64,000 bases of DNA from Octopus sinensis (lineage: Eukaryota), in NCBI RefSeq assembly GCF_006345805.1, contig NC_042998.1, positions 185,876,001-185,940,000 of the forward strand. Reading direction: 5' to 3'. The translations under genes were made by a program, and so were the position numbers. Position 1 is the stretch's first letter; every line of letters starts with the position of its first letter. Of this stretch, positions 12,097-26,592 are shown one piece after another. The notes below the pieces were generated by a model, which was not told the DNA's origin, did not search any database, and worked only from the letters and a program-made list of their open reading frames with translations.

Positions 12097-12878
12097 AATG
12101 GACGAATAGACGAACAGTTTTAGCAACTAGAATGAATTAAAATATTGGGAAATTATTACATATATATTATAAATTAAAAAGGATAACGAAAAAGGTTGAA
12201 ATATATTTGATAGTTTCTCGATATCGTAAACATAGCAAACTGCTTTTGAATTGCTATGGTAATAGAAAAGTATATTGTTACACAACATGGGACAGAACAT
12301 TTGTTTTATAAATAAATGTGTATACATACCTTAAAAAGCACACCAACAATGGCTTTGTTGTCTATTTTAGAAGGATTAAAATCTTGGACATTCAAAGCTC
12401 CGATACGCGGGAATGTAGCGTAGGATAGAGGGACAATAGTCAGTAATAAAAGACATTTGAGAAATTGGTTACTAGTGGGCATGTTGCGTGTATTAGATGA
12501 CGGCTAAGCTGAAAGTACAGACGATACAGTCTGAACGTGCAATATATAAGGCGGGATTCTACTTGAGCGTAAGCCAATAGGAAAGTGGTTAGGGGTTTAT
12601 GATTTATTTTTAGTGTGTGTTGTGTTCTGTGTGAGTGTGCGTGTGTGCGTGTGTGCGCGTGTGTGCGTGCGTGTGTGCGTGTGTGCGTACGCGTGTATAA
12701 GTGTGCGTGCCGTGAGTGTGAATCTATATGTGCTTGTCATGTCATTGTGTCTGTGTGTGCGAGCACGGGCATTCTTGCTAAAATCATGTGCATGCTAACA
12801 TACATAAATACATACATACATACATACATACATACAAACATACATATATATATATATTATATATATATATGTGTGTGT

Positions 12879-12918
<40 letters not shown>

Positions 12919-13144
12919 TATACATACATACATACATACATACTTACATACATACATACATACATACATGCATATATATATATAATATATACATACATAT
13001 ATATAAACACACACATTCAAATACATATACACTCATATACATACACACATATATATATATATATATGTGTATATGTGTGTGCGTGTATGTATGTGTGTGT
13101 GCGGATACGCACACACATATACCCGTCTACCACACTCACACATG

Positions 13145-13175
<31 letters not shown>

Positions 13176-13951
13176 CACACACACACACACACACACACGC
13201 ACACACTCACTAATACACTCACACACCATACAAGTGTCTATCTGTCTCGCTTACTCTAATATATTTTGTCACCAGGGTATTAACTACATAACTATTTCAA
13301 TTCTGTTTATAACTTTTTGAATATTTTGTTTTCAAATTCCATCCTAGTCATTATATTGTAATTTCCTGGAGTTTCAACTTGAAAATTGTGTACGGCTCAT
13401 TGGCATTACATGCATTTTTTTCCTATTTTTGTCTTAATTAGGTTTTTACATTCGTTGTTTATTCTTTGATTCAAATGCGCTCAAATTTAGTTGATGTGTC
13501 TATTATACTCATAAACACACATGCACGCACAAATTCATATATACAAATATATACGTGTGCGCGTGTGCGCGCGTGCGTGTGTGCGTGCGTGCGTGTGTAT
13601 GTGAGTGTGTGTGAATGTATGTCTGTATATATATATGTCTGTATATGTGTGTGTGTGTGTGCATGTGTGTTATGTGTGTGTGTATGCATATACACGCGGA
13701 CACAGACACACACACATGTGTGTGTGCGTTTGTGTAAATATATGTCTGTATATATATGTGTGTGTGTGCATGTGTGTTATGTGTGAGTATATGCATATAC
13801 ACACGGACACAGACACACACACACATATATACATATATACATACATATATATATATGTACATATGTATATATGTATATGCACACATACATACTAATATAT
13901 ATGTGCATATACACATGTATATGTATTTATATGTATATAAATATATATGCA

Positions 13952-13987
<36 letters not shown>

Positions 13988-14252
13988 TGTATGTATGTAT
14001 GTACATATGTATGTATGTATACACGTTTATTTATAAAACAAATCATGTGTCTGTCCCATGTTGTGTAACAATATACTTTTCTATTACCATAGCAATTCAA
14101 AAGCAGTTTGCTATGTTTACGATATCGAGAAACTATTAAATCTATTACAACCTTTTTCGTTATCCTTTTAAATTTATAATATATATGTAATAATTTCCCA
14201 ATATTTTTAAAATTCATTCTAGTTGCTAAAATTGTTCGTCTGTTCGTCCATT
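12097..14252. repeat. Long inverted repeat pair (arms 12097-12329 and 14013-14252)
   Basis: About 235-bp non-microsatellite arms, reverse-complementary with scattered mismatches; about 1.68-kb spacer rich in microsatellites. Confidence 0.9.
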
Positions 14253-14573
14253 CATTCCGCTGTTTAATTAATATGGATCGTTGCAACAATATGTGTAATG
14301 AATGACATAGAACCACATAACGAAATAAAAGAGACGAGTCACAAAAGCAAGAGGTATTGATTTTCGTGATTAAAAGTATCTATTAAAATATACTTTAGTC
14401 ATGTTCTCGTCAGTTAAGCGAAATGAGTCCCATAGAATAATGCAAAGTGTCTTGCTTACGAACTGCACTGATCGTTCGTACACCTGCAGCAGTGCAGAAA
14501 CTGGAACAGTGAGTGTATTTGCATGTGGGTATTTATCAGCTTATCTTTTTTATTGGTTTTCGTTTTTGGATTT

Positions 14574-14801
14574 GGGCGAGCTGGCAGAAACGTTAGCAGG
14601 CCGGACGAAATGCTTAGCGGTATTTCGTCTGCGTTACGTTGTGAGTTCAAATTCCGCCGAGGTCAACTTTGCCTTTCATCCTTTCGGGGTCGATAAATTA
14701 AGTACCAGTTACGCACTGGGGTCGATGTAATCGACTTAATACCTATGTCTGTCCTTGTTTGTCCCCTCTGTGTTTAGCCCCTTGTGGGTAATAAAGAAAT
14801 A
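14574..14801 (+). mobile_element. SINE-A long-tail, full length
   Basis: Complete head, core and ...GTGGGTAATAAAGAAATA tail. Confidence 0.92.
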
Positions 14802-15039
14802 GGTTCGCAAGATTCTTTATATGAGTTCGTGTGTTGAAGCATATTCTGTTGTGTCTGGGGAGAGTCATTTTCTTTTTGTGCCTTATAAAGTAACTCACTC
14901 ACCGGTAAAATTTCCACTTATTTCTTATTTTTATTTTCCTAAAATTTTCGTTGCGTCTTGCTACCTTTTCAATAGTCTTGACTCTTATAGTCTTGTCTTT
15001 TTTTTTATTGTTGATCTTTTACTAGTTTCTGTGATTGAA

Positions 15040-15410
15040 CTTCGGCCATGCTTGGGTACAGCCTTGAAAAAATTTGTCGAACAAATCGACCCCCAGTACT
15101 TAGGATAAAGGATAAACACCCTTAGTATTTATTTATTCCGTCTGTTTCTCTTGCCAAGCCGTAATGTTACGGGGACGTAAACAAACCAACACCAGTTATC
15201 AAGCAGGGGAGGGGGGGCAAAATCGTACACAAACACACACGCACATACCACGCACACACATGCACACACACACTTGCACACACACTTGCACACACACACA
15301 CACGCACACACGATTGGTTTCAACACATCCAACTACCAAATTTACTCACAAGGCAGTGGTTTGACTGAACCCGAAATCCCGTGGCTGCAAAGCGAGCATC
15401 TTAAAACACA
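15040..15410 (-). mobile_element. Degenerate SINE-B with internal (CA)n
   Basis: Homology to SINE-B tail (GTAAACAAACCAACACCAGT) and head (GACTGAACCCGAA). Confidence 0.65.
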
Positions 15411-15574
15411 ACGGTAGAAGGTTCGAACCAAAGCTTCCACGGAACGCAAACACTCACTAGACAAGCTTTAGTGTTCTGGAATAGGAAACAAAGACCCTTC
15501 AGTTTTGTGAGAATCCCATGCCCATCAGATATAAAATATCGAAAGTCGCCCCCCAACCCAAAGCAAACAAATAA

Positions 15575-16540
<966 letters not shown>

Positions 16541-16627
16541 AATATGTTTTGTTTGTTAAATTTTCTATTTTCATTTCTTTCAGTCACTGTACTGCGGTTC
16601 ATACTGGGACACACACACATAGATATA

Positions 16628-16871
16628 CAGAGGTTGGCCAAAAGTAACCTGAGAGTAAATCAGAAACCGTTTTATTCCAAGATTAAAACGAAAAAAAATA
16701 TTTTATATGAGATTTCGTTAGCAGATAGACAAATGTTAAAAAAAAAAGACGGTGATTTTAACTCACAGCATCCAATTATTAAACATTCATAATTGGAATG
16801 AATAAATAAAATTGAATAGTAAGTAGTTATGGAATTTTGATTTACAGTCGGGTGACATTTGGCCAACGCTG
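16628..16871. mobile_element. Tc1/mariner-type MITE
   Basis: Imperfect TIRs CAGAGGTTGGCCAAAAGTAACCTG / CGGGTGACATTTGGCCAACGCTG, flanked by TA (16626-27, 16872-73). Confidence 0.8.
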
Positions 16872-17744
16872 TATGAACACACACACACATATGTATATGT
16901 ATGTATGTATGTATGCGCGGGGACATAGAAATAATCGGATTGAATACCCGATCGCGCGGTTAAACCATTGGGAGTGAAGGACTCCTAGCCTTTGTTTGGG
17001 CATCATTCTAGGAGAAGGTAACTCAGGTAAATGGGATAACTCCGACATAGAAGCTGCGGCTCAGTGGTTACCGATGATATTGACTTGTTCTTCTTTTCGG
17101 ATTATGGCTACTGTTGCTTAGTGAGTGGGATTGACTCAGTGCACAGCCTTTCCTCACTTAAAAAAAATTTTTTTGCACAGGCATTGCACGATAACAACAT
17201 TGATTAAGCTTCGTGCAATGGCCATACTCGATAACGAGGGTGCAGCTACTATGTATGTATGTATGTATGTATGTATGTATGTATGTATGTATGTATGTAT
17301 GTATGTATGTATGTATGTATGTATGTATGTATGTATGTATCCACGCAACGGGCTTTTTGCTGCAGAAGACAATTGCCCAAGGTGCCACGCAGTAGGACTG
17401 AGACCAGAACCATGCAATTTTGAAGCAAATTTCTTAACATATCTGCCGCTTTTTTTTTTATTTGTTCCTCCATCATTGCTTAACAACCGGAGTCGGGTTG
17501 TTTACATCTCGTAACTTAGCTGTTTGGCAAAAGAGACCAACAGAATAAGCAACAGACTTTAAAAAAATGCAAGTACTTGGGGCGATTTGATCGACAAAGC
17601 CCTTCAAGCCGGTGTCCCGGCATGGTCGAAGTCCAATGACTGAAACAAGTGAATGATAAGAATAGCCGGTAACTCAAAAATTGTTGTGCTCCAGCATGGC
17701 TATTGCACGGTGATTGAAAGCAGTGAAAGAATAAGAAAATATTA

Positions 17745-18180
17745 GTTTCAAATTTTAGCACAAGGCCAGAAATTTCAGAAGAGAGGGTAAGTCGATTACA
17801 CCGACCCCCAATACTCAACTGGTACTTATTTTATCGACTCCGAAAGGATGAAAAGCAAAGCCGACCTCGGCGGAATTTGAACTTAGAATGTAAAGACGGA
17901 CGAAATGGCGCTAAGCATTTTGCCCGGCGCGGTAACGATTCTGGTAGCCACCGCCTTGAAGAATAAGAAAATATTAGTTTCAAATTTTGGAACAAGGCCA
18001 TCAAGTTCTGGGGAGTGGTAAGTCGATTATGGCGACCCCAGTGCTCAACTGGTACTTATTTGATCAAATCTGAAGGTTGAAAAGCAAGTCGACCATGCCG
18101 GAATTTGAACGGAAAGACAGACGAAATGCTGCTAAGCATTTTGTCCGGAGCAGTTACGATTCTGCCAGCTCACCGCCTTT
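17745..18180 (-). mobile_element. Two tandem SINE-A short-tail copies (17745-17958, 17977-18180)
   Basis: Each has head and core; separated and flanked by three copies of AAGAATAAGAAARTATTA. Confidence 0.88.
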
Positions 18181-18659
18181 AAGAATAAGAAAGTATTAAA
18201 ATATGAAAATACAAGAATATAATCCGCAAACTTCATCTGCAAGCAGAACAGATAAAAATTAAAAAAAATTGCGTGTAGAGAAATATTTCAGATGTCGAAA
18301 AATTATGAATTCATTAGATGTTGCTCGCTGTTTTTGTTGATATCAGTCATTATATTTATACAGAATTTTAAATCAGGAATGCAAATCACGATGAATTTAG
18401 CGCTTATCATTTCTAGAACGATGATACAGAGTTCTTTTTTAACATGTGATTATGAGAATGAATGTTAAAATGTAACATTTCTGCTCAATTTAACTGAAAT
18501 AAATAATTCGTGGGTTATTTGAGATAAATTGAGCGGAAATGATTCTTCCAGGATAGCGTTTCCTAAAATGATTTCCGATAAACTTGGCATTCTGTGAAAA
18601 ATTCTAGGTGTTCCACAACAAAATAAGTTTGGAAACCATTGCTGGCTATACTCTCTCTC

Positions 18660-19058
18660 TCTTTTACTCTTTTACTTGTTTCAGTCATTTGACTGCGGCC
18701 ATGCTGGAGCACCACCTTTAATCGAGCAACTCGACACCGGGACTTATTCTTTTGTAAGCCCAGTACTTATTCTATCGGTCTCTTTTGCCGAACCGCTAAG
18801 TGACGGGGACGTAAACACACCAGCATCGGTTGTCAAGCAATGCAAGGGGGACAAGCACAGACACACAAACACACATACATATATATACATATATACGACA
18901 GGCTTCTTTCAGTTTCCGTCTACCAAATCCACTCACAAGGCATTGGTCGGCCCGGGGCTATAGCAGAAGACACTTGCCCAAGATGCCACGCAGTGGGACT
19001 GAACCCGGAACCATGTGGTTGGTTAGCAAGCTACTTACCACACAGCCACTCCTGTGCC
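18660..19058 (-). mobile_element. SINE-B, full length
   Basis: Complete homology to copy at 1973. Confidence 0.92.
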
Positions 19059-19868
19059 TATGTTATAATAAAAATAATTTATTAGTATATTTTCTTCTAT
19101 TTTTCCACTGTTTTCCTAATAATTATAAATATCGATTATCTTGTTATTCCTGCCGAAAATTTAGTTGTTTAGTTGCCTTGGATGAGAATAATCAGAAGAA
19201 CTATTTTTTATTTTCTAATATTTCGAACTAAAATGGCGGTGATTTGGTTGAAACGTCAGAGCATCGAATAAAAATTTCCTTTACAGTATAGAGTTACTTT
19301 TCTTATATTCTGGGTTCAATTCCCACTGAGACCAATTTACCTCTTGGGGTTCGATAAAATAAAGCATTCACATAATACTGAGATCAATATCATTCGATTA
19401 TACCCCTACTTCAAATTTGAATCATACCTATGTTAGAAATCAATATTTTAATTACAGAACTTGTTATTTAAATTAGAGAAAAGATCAATAAAAATAAAAT
19501 AATTTCTCTGTAAAATATTCCATTTGAGTGATGCTGTCGATGTTTAACCCCAAATCAATCCTAAAAATCCATACATATGACCAAATGTATGACCAGCTAT
19601 GAAAATGTAGGACCAGCTATGAAAATTTCATAGAGTTTACAGTCACAGCATATTTAGCATCACATTACAACCATGTTTTCTTTTAAGATAGTAAAGAGTG
19701 AGATTAAGCTGCTATTTCTAGTAAATAATATGATCATAGTCTGTATGGCACAATTGGTTGGAGTAGCGTAAATGATATTCGTAGTTTTTGTAGTGTATGA
19801 GATTCACAATAAGGATGCAGTTTATAGAAACATAACCTGGGTCTTTCATTTGCCTTATTATCCTACAG

Positions 19869-19951
19869 CTGACATATGGGAACACCTGGCACGTAGAGAG
19901 CGTATTAGAGGATGAGATTGAAAGAATGAAAATGTATTTCACGTACGCGAG
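19869..19951 (+). CDS. Candidate internal coding exon of an unidentified host gene (LTYGNTWHVESVLEDEIERMKMYFTYA+2 nt)
   Basis: Pyrimidine-rich acceptor CTTTCATTTGCCTTATTATCCTACAG, donor GAG/GTAAGA, one of three frames open, non-repetitive context. No protein recognised. Confidence 0.4.
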
Positions 19952-20800
19952 GTAAGAGACCATTATCAGAATAACGTACGATTTCTGTAACGTAAAATTT
20001 TAACATTAATGCATACATAGAGTGTATGTATACATTCCTTCATCCGCATGTGTGTGCCTGCGTGTATCTGTGTGTGTGCACGCGCCTACGTGTCTAATAT
20101 AATGCCGTGCAGAGACAAATACACATATACACACAGGCGTATATACATATGTCTACATACACACACACTTCGCAAAATCTTGATAGTTCCTCCCCTCAAA
20201 GATTTGTGTAAAGATTAAATATTTAAAACATAAAACGTCGCGGATAAATATCAAATATCTTTTTAAAAGCAGCTTTTCGGGTTTTAATTGTTTTCAAAAT
20301 AAATTTAAATGAGATAGAGCAAGTATATTCGTCGAGATTTAAATGAGAATGAGTAAAAGAGAAGAAAGGAAGTGTAATATAAATGTTAAGTACCGAGTAA
20401 TCTGATAAAAAAAAATAAGAATAGAATAAAGTTAAGTCTAAAAGAAAAAAAAAACGACCATAGATAAGAGAAGCAAGAAGTTTAAAGTGGTAAAGCATGA
20501 CCGCAATTTTGGATGGTAATGAGAGTGCTAAGATTTGAAGAGAAAAATAAACCATAACTGAGTGTTTTATTTAATTGGTAACAATTATTTTATATGCAGA
20601 GATATGTAAGTGCTTACATTGAGACCCAGTCTAATGGAGATGCAAGGTTCCTCTGTGTCAAGGAACAAAGGCACTTTAGATGCCCTAATTTAATAGAAAC
20701 AACAGATCAGAGAATATTGTGTGCGTCTTTACACCTGAGGTTGGAAATGTCTTCTCCACCGTCCGTTTTTCTCTCTCTTTTGGTACATTTCTAATTCGAA

Positions 20801-21035
20801 CTCTCTCTTTACTCTCTTTTACTCTTTTACTTATTTCAGTCATTTGATTGCGGTCATGCTGGAGCACCGCCTTTAATCGAGCAACTCGACCCCGGGAATT
20901 ATTCTTTTGTAAGCCCAGTACTTATTCTATCGGTCTCTTTTTCCGAACCGCTAAGTAACGGGGACATAAACACACCAGCATCGGTTGTCAAGCAATGTTA
21001 GGGGGACAAACACAGACACGCAAACACACACACGC

Positions 21036-21068
<33 letters not shown>

Positions 21069-21429
21069 TACGACGGGCTTCTTTCAGTTTCCGTCTACCA
21101 AATCCACTCACAAGGCTTTGGTCGGCCAGAGGCTATAGTAGAAGACACTTGCCCAAGGTACATATATACGATGGGCTTCTTTCAGTTTCCGTCTACCAAA
21201 TCCACTCACAAGGCTTTGATCGGCTCGAGGCTATAGTAGAAGACACTTGTCCAAGGTACATATATACGATGGGTTTCTTTCAGTTTCCGTCTACCACATC
21301 CACTCACAAGGCTTTGGTCGGCCCCTGGCTATAGTAGAAGACACTTGTCCAAGGTGCCACGCAGTGGGACTGAACCCGGAACCATGTGGTTGGTAAACAA
21401 GCTACTTACCACACAGCCACTCCTGCGCC
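20801..21429 (-). mobile_element. SINE-B with 98-bp internal segment triplicated
   Basis: Units 21063-21160, 21161-21258, 21259-21355. Confidence 0.92.
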
Positions 21430-21719
21430 TATCTGAGTTCTTCTTATCTTTTAATGTGCTGGGGGATTAGAAAGATATTGGTGTAATCATTGACTAGAAT
21501 CTAAAAATCCAACAAACTTTCTTGAACAGAATTCATGCAAACTGACATGCGTTACTGTTATGTCGCACGTTCAGATGCCTTCTACTCAACTTTACTCTCC
21601 ACTCCGACTGCTACTCAACTGTGCTCTACACAGCTGTGCTTGACTCAACCGACTGCTACTCAACTGTTCTAGTCTGAATTCTGACGTCTAGGCTTCTCCC
21701 ACTATATCTATGTATTGGG

Positions 21720-21861
21720 AGGTCGACTTTGCCTTTCATCCTTTCGGGGTCGATAAATAAAGTATCAGTTTAGCACTTGGGTTGACGTAGTCGACTTAAT
21801 CCCTTTGTCTGTCCTTGTTTGCCCCCTCTATGTTTAGCCCCTTGTGGGCAGTAAAGAAATA
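21720..21861 (+). mobile_element. 5'-truncated SINE-A long-tail with 17-bp TSD
   Basis: TATATCTA(T/C)GTATTGGG at 21703-21719 and 21862-21878. Confidence 0.9.
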
Positions 21862-22036
21862 TATATCTACGTATTGGGCTAGCTTACTTCATCATCTGGG
21901 GGCGTCCACACAACAGTTACTAAGGTAAGTTGTCGATTCAAAGACAAAGAACCAATTAATTAATTTTCCCTTCCTCTGTCTTGGAAAAAAAGAGTTTATA
22001 CGAAACGTAAGTAAATTTCCATTTCCCATCTGTGCA

Positions 22037-22215
22037 TATCCATCCATCCATCCATCCATCCATCCATCCATCCATTCACCCATCTATCCATCCATCCATC
22101 CATCCATCCATCCATCCACTCACCCATCCATCTATCCATCCATCCATCCATCCATCCATCCATCCACCCATCCATCCATCCATCCATCCATGCATACATA
22201 CATACATACATACAT
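22037..22215. repeat. (TCCA)n then (TACA)n
   Basis: Direct reading. Confidence 0.95.
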
Positions 22216-22482
22216 ACATACTCATCCTCACACCCACACATACACACATATATATATATATGTGTATTGTAACATGAATATCCGTCGTTGCACAGACTGT
22301 AATGTAACTATAAATTGTACTTAAAGAAGAATTGTTCCTAATGAAGGCATATTCAGTTTATTAGAGGACTATTGGATTTTCCTTGCAAAGTTACTTTTCA
22401 TGTAAGAAACGAAATAGTTATTTAATGCATTTACAGTACTTCAGTGTCTAATATACTCTGCTACAGATACGCACTCAATATT

Positions 22483-22880
22483 GGCATTAAATTTTGGTAC
22501 AAGACCAGCAATTTCGGATAAGGGAGTAAGTCGACTAGATCGACTCCACTGCTCAACTAGTACTTATTTTATCGACCCCGAAAAGACGAAAGGTAAAGTC
22601 GACTTCTGTCGCTAAGCATTTTAACCAGCGTGCTTATGATTCTACCAGTTCGCCACCTTATACGTTCTCAGTATTGGTTTCAAATTTAGGCACAAGGCCA
22701 ACAATTTTGGGGATGAGTAGTTTGATTACATCGACTCTAGTTTCCAACTGGTTCTTATCTTATCGACCCCGAAAGAATGAAAGGCAAAGTCGACTTCGGT
22801 GGAATTTGAACTCAGAACGTAAAAACGGACGAAATGCCGCCAAGCATTTTCCCCGGCGTGGTAATGATTCTTCCAGCCCT
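22483..22880 (-). mobile_element. Two tandem SINE-A short-tail copies (22483-22659, 22676-22880)
   Basis: Core homology; three degenerate 16-bp direct repeats at 22467, 22660 and 22881. Confidence 0.82.
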
Positions 22881-23199
22881 ATACACACTTAATATCAACA
22901 GCATATTTTGTAACTTAGTTGTATAAGTGATATATGTCTAATTCAAGAAAATTAAGTAAGGAGGATTACGTAAAAGTAAAAGCAGTTTTATTTCATTTGA
23001 AAATATTATTGAACATAATATATTACTTTTTATTCTTGAAATTCTATAATTCATGCAGCATTCTTACAACTTGCAAAGGTCGGAGTCTCAGAGAAAACAC
23101 CCACGGAAAAATATTGGAATTACAATACATTTAATGCTAGAAATATGACAGTAAAAGCTGCGGTGAGTCCTAGCTCTATATCCATCATAGTATTGGAAA

Positions 23200-24340
23200 T
23201 TGTGAATACTGATATGTCAATACCTGAGGATATAAATGTTTTCCGTTTTGTCAATAGGGATGAAGATAAGTTATAAAGACTCCCAACTTTTGCGGAATCT
23301 ACATAAAATTGGCTATTAGCAAAGCAATATTCTTCAAGTTCCAATCCATCAACTGTCAATGTTTGCCAAAGGGATGTATGACACGGTGAAACTAAGATGT
23401 TCTAGAACGTGAAGTCTTCCAAATCGAAAAGGAACATGCGTTGGTATGAGTGAAATTCTGGCTATAAATGCACCCGCTCTTTTGGTGCATCCACTGGTAT
23501 TAGTTCTCTTGGTAACAAGTGATATAAGCATGATCACGTGCCATTGCATAGCTACAAATGATCTAAATTATGCGACAACATTATTTATTGGAGAGGCGTT
23601 TCTTTTTAGCCGACGTTTGTGTGACAGTAGACTTGGCGGTTCCAATAAATATTTACATTCTTCATTGTAGTGAACTATTTCTTGACCCAAAAGAGTCTTT
23701 ATTGATTTGTATGTATGGCTATTCCCAGTAAATATCTGCAATAGCTGTCAGTTGATGATAGTAACTCAAACATTTATACTTGCCGGGCCAGTTCTGATTT
23801 AGTTATTGATCCTGCAGGTAGAAGTACACATTTGACAACAATGCATATACAGTTTTTAACTCCTGTATGTAAAGGGGTCGGGTCCAGGGTATTATTACTA
23901 TCGGAGAGAAATCTTCCCTCTTGAACTTGTAACAAATTTTTGGTAAAATGACTGGACGACTGATCTTCAAAATTGACTAGATAGCTGATCCTCCAAGTGT
24001 TTGATTCTCAAGTTTGTAGACAGATTAATATATTAATTTTGATCCAAAGCAATGAGCATTTAAGGTAAGCACAAATTCTATCGGCTTTGGAGGTCTCTAG
24101 AAGTGTTTATAACACTATTGATACTCTCCCCATTTGAGATCTATTGTTGAGCAAGTCCTAAAATGGCTGCCAAAGCCGCTAGGGATTGCTACGCTGCAAT
24201 TGCTAGTTCGTTATTTTCCAAGTGGGGGCAACAAGTATCCTTGTTTGAATTGGATAACTTCATAGTGGCAGACTTACTGCTTCAGGGCAAACATTGCTGC
24301 ATCGGATTCCTTGATATAAATACGAAGACTATGACTTCGA
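23200..24340 (-). pseudogene. Decayed Helitron RepHel, PIF1-like helicase C-terminal region
   Basis: Across frameshifts: LEPPSLLSHKRRLK / IMLSHNLDHL*LCNGT / SGC..FIARISLIPTHVPFRFGRL / GQTLTVDGLELEEYCFANSQFYV / LYPQVL. These match the Helitron order LEPPGLPPH.LRLK..LLRNL..LCNGTRL..IPRIPLIP..PF.F.RLQFP..GQSL..GL.L...FSHGQLYV. The 5' boundary is uncertain. Confidence 0.8.
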
Positions 24341-24613
24341 ATTATGGTCGAAATGACTCGTCAAACAGCGAGAAAAAGGGATAGAACATCTAGAATTATA
24401 CAGAGATAAATGAAAGGTTAAAAATACATTGAATATAGGAAAAAAAAGTTGGAACAAGAATCTAGAAAATCGAGATTCATAAGGAGAGGTAAAAAAGAAG
24501 AGTATTATCTTACATGGTGAGATGTATAAGAGTGAATATAAATCTAAAAATATGAAAATATTTATGTATATAGATAAAAACACACATTCATGTACTGTTT
24601 TAGTAACATACAA

Positions 24614-24679
<66 letters not shown>

Positions 24680-25310
24680 GTTGTATGTATGTATGTATGT
24701 ATATATACAAGTGTAAATAAAAATACAAGTACATAAGTGTATACACAGCTGTTTAAACAGATGTGAGTGTATACAAAAAACTAGTCAGAAAAAACATGTA
24801 GAAGTTACAGATAATTACAGAAATATCATACATACAAACATACATACATACACACACACACAGATACACACACACACACATATATATATGTATGCATATG
24901 TATATATGTGTGTGTATGTGTGTGTATATGTATATATATGTATATGTATGTGTGTGTATGCAAGTGTGTATGCTCGTATTATACATATGTATATCTATGC
25001 ATATATGTGTGTACACACATACGAGGCTATTTTTCGTATTTGTTCAGGGTTTCGTCGTGTACATACATGCATGCATACATATATGCATGTATGTATGTAT
25101 ACATACATACATACATATATACACACATACATACATACGTACATGCATATGCACATACGTATATGTTTGTGTGTGTGTATGTGTGTATGTGTGTGTGTGT
25201 TTGTGTGTGTGTGCACGTATATATATATATACACACATGTATATAACCGGCTATAAAGTAACTGAAGTGAATCAAGTTTTGACAATTTCACGGAAGGCAA
25301 ATATTAAATG

Positions 25311-25378
<68 letters not shown>

Positions 25379-26259
25379 AAGCTATCTATCTTTTCATCTA
25401 TCTATCTATTTTTCTCCAACTGTCTGTCTCTCTCTCTCTGTCTCTCTGTCTCTCTCTCTCTCTCTCCTTAACGGATATCTACTGAAAATTAAAATTACTG
25501 ATCGTCGAAAATAATCTAATATGTAATAAACATATGTTTATGTAAAGAAAAAAATTATGTTTTACAATGATATAAAGTTGTCTTTACTTTAATTTTGATG
25601 AGGAACTGCAATACATGAGATATAAAAATTCAAGACCACAGTGATGTAACAGAAACTGGGAACGTAGTTATCTAACTTGCCCCAAGATCTCTAATTTTAA
25701 CTTAAGCCCTTGCCCTCGCCTTTGTTTACTTATTGTTCTACAGACTTTGCCATTTTCCGACACTTGATTAATTAAAGTTATCATACTCGCTATGTTCGGT
25801 ATGTTAGTGCTTACTATTCTGCATATCTCCCATGTGGATAATATCCTTAGGATGTTTCCCCTGGGCTTTAGGTTATTTTGAAGCGCCACTGTATGTATAT
25901 TTTTGCATTTGCTTAAATAGTTGTCTATCTGTGTTAATCTAAAAGGCAGGTGAATGGCTTATACTTCGCTAAGTCTAATAAAATTATCTCTCAGATATGA
26001 TGTTAACGTATTACAGACCGAATAACATTGCACCTTTGTAGTGAGAGTTGAGAAACAGCCAAAATAATGTACATTAAATTCTTACTTTCCTAATTGAATC
26101 CTATACCAATCAACAAACCTTCTTAAAAATACTTGTAATATGTGGATATATTTTATCAAACAAATGACAGCAAACAATATTTGACATATGAATCGTGTCT
26201 CATTTTCAATTATAAAACTGTTTATTATATATACATTATACACACACACACACACACAT

Positions 26260-26313
<54 letters not shown>

Positions 26314-26461
26314 TATATATACATATACATATTTATACACATATTATATATATGTGTGTGTGTGTGTATGTGAGTTTTATATACATTATATATACCCATT
26401 ATAATCCTTATATTCATATTTATATTATATATATGCATGTATATCTATATCTATGTATGTA

Positions 26462-26521
<60 letters not shown>

Positions 26522-26592
26522 TATATCACATATATTATGTTATATATATTTTATTATAATAATAATAACAATAATAATAATATAATAATAAT

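Noticed and set aside
25744-25798. Good acceptor/donor pair on +
   Set aside because: Stops in all frames.
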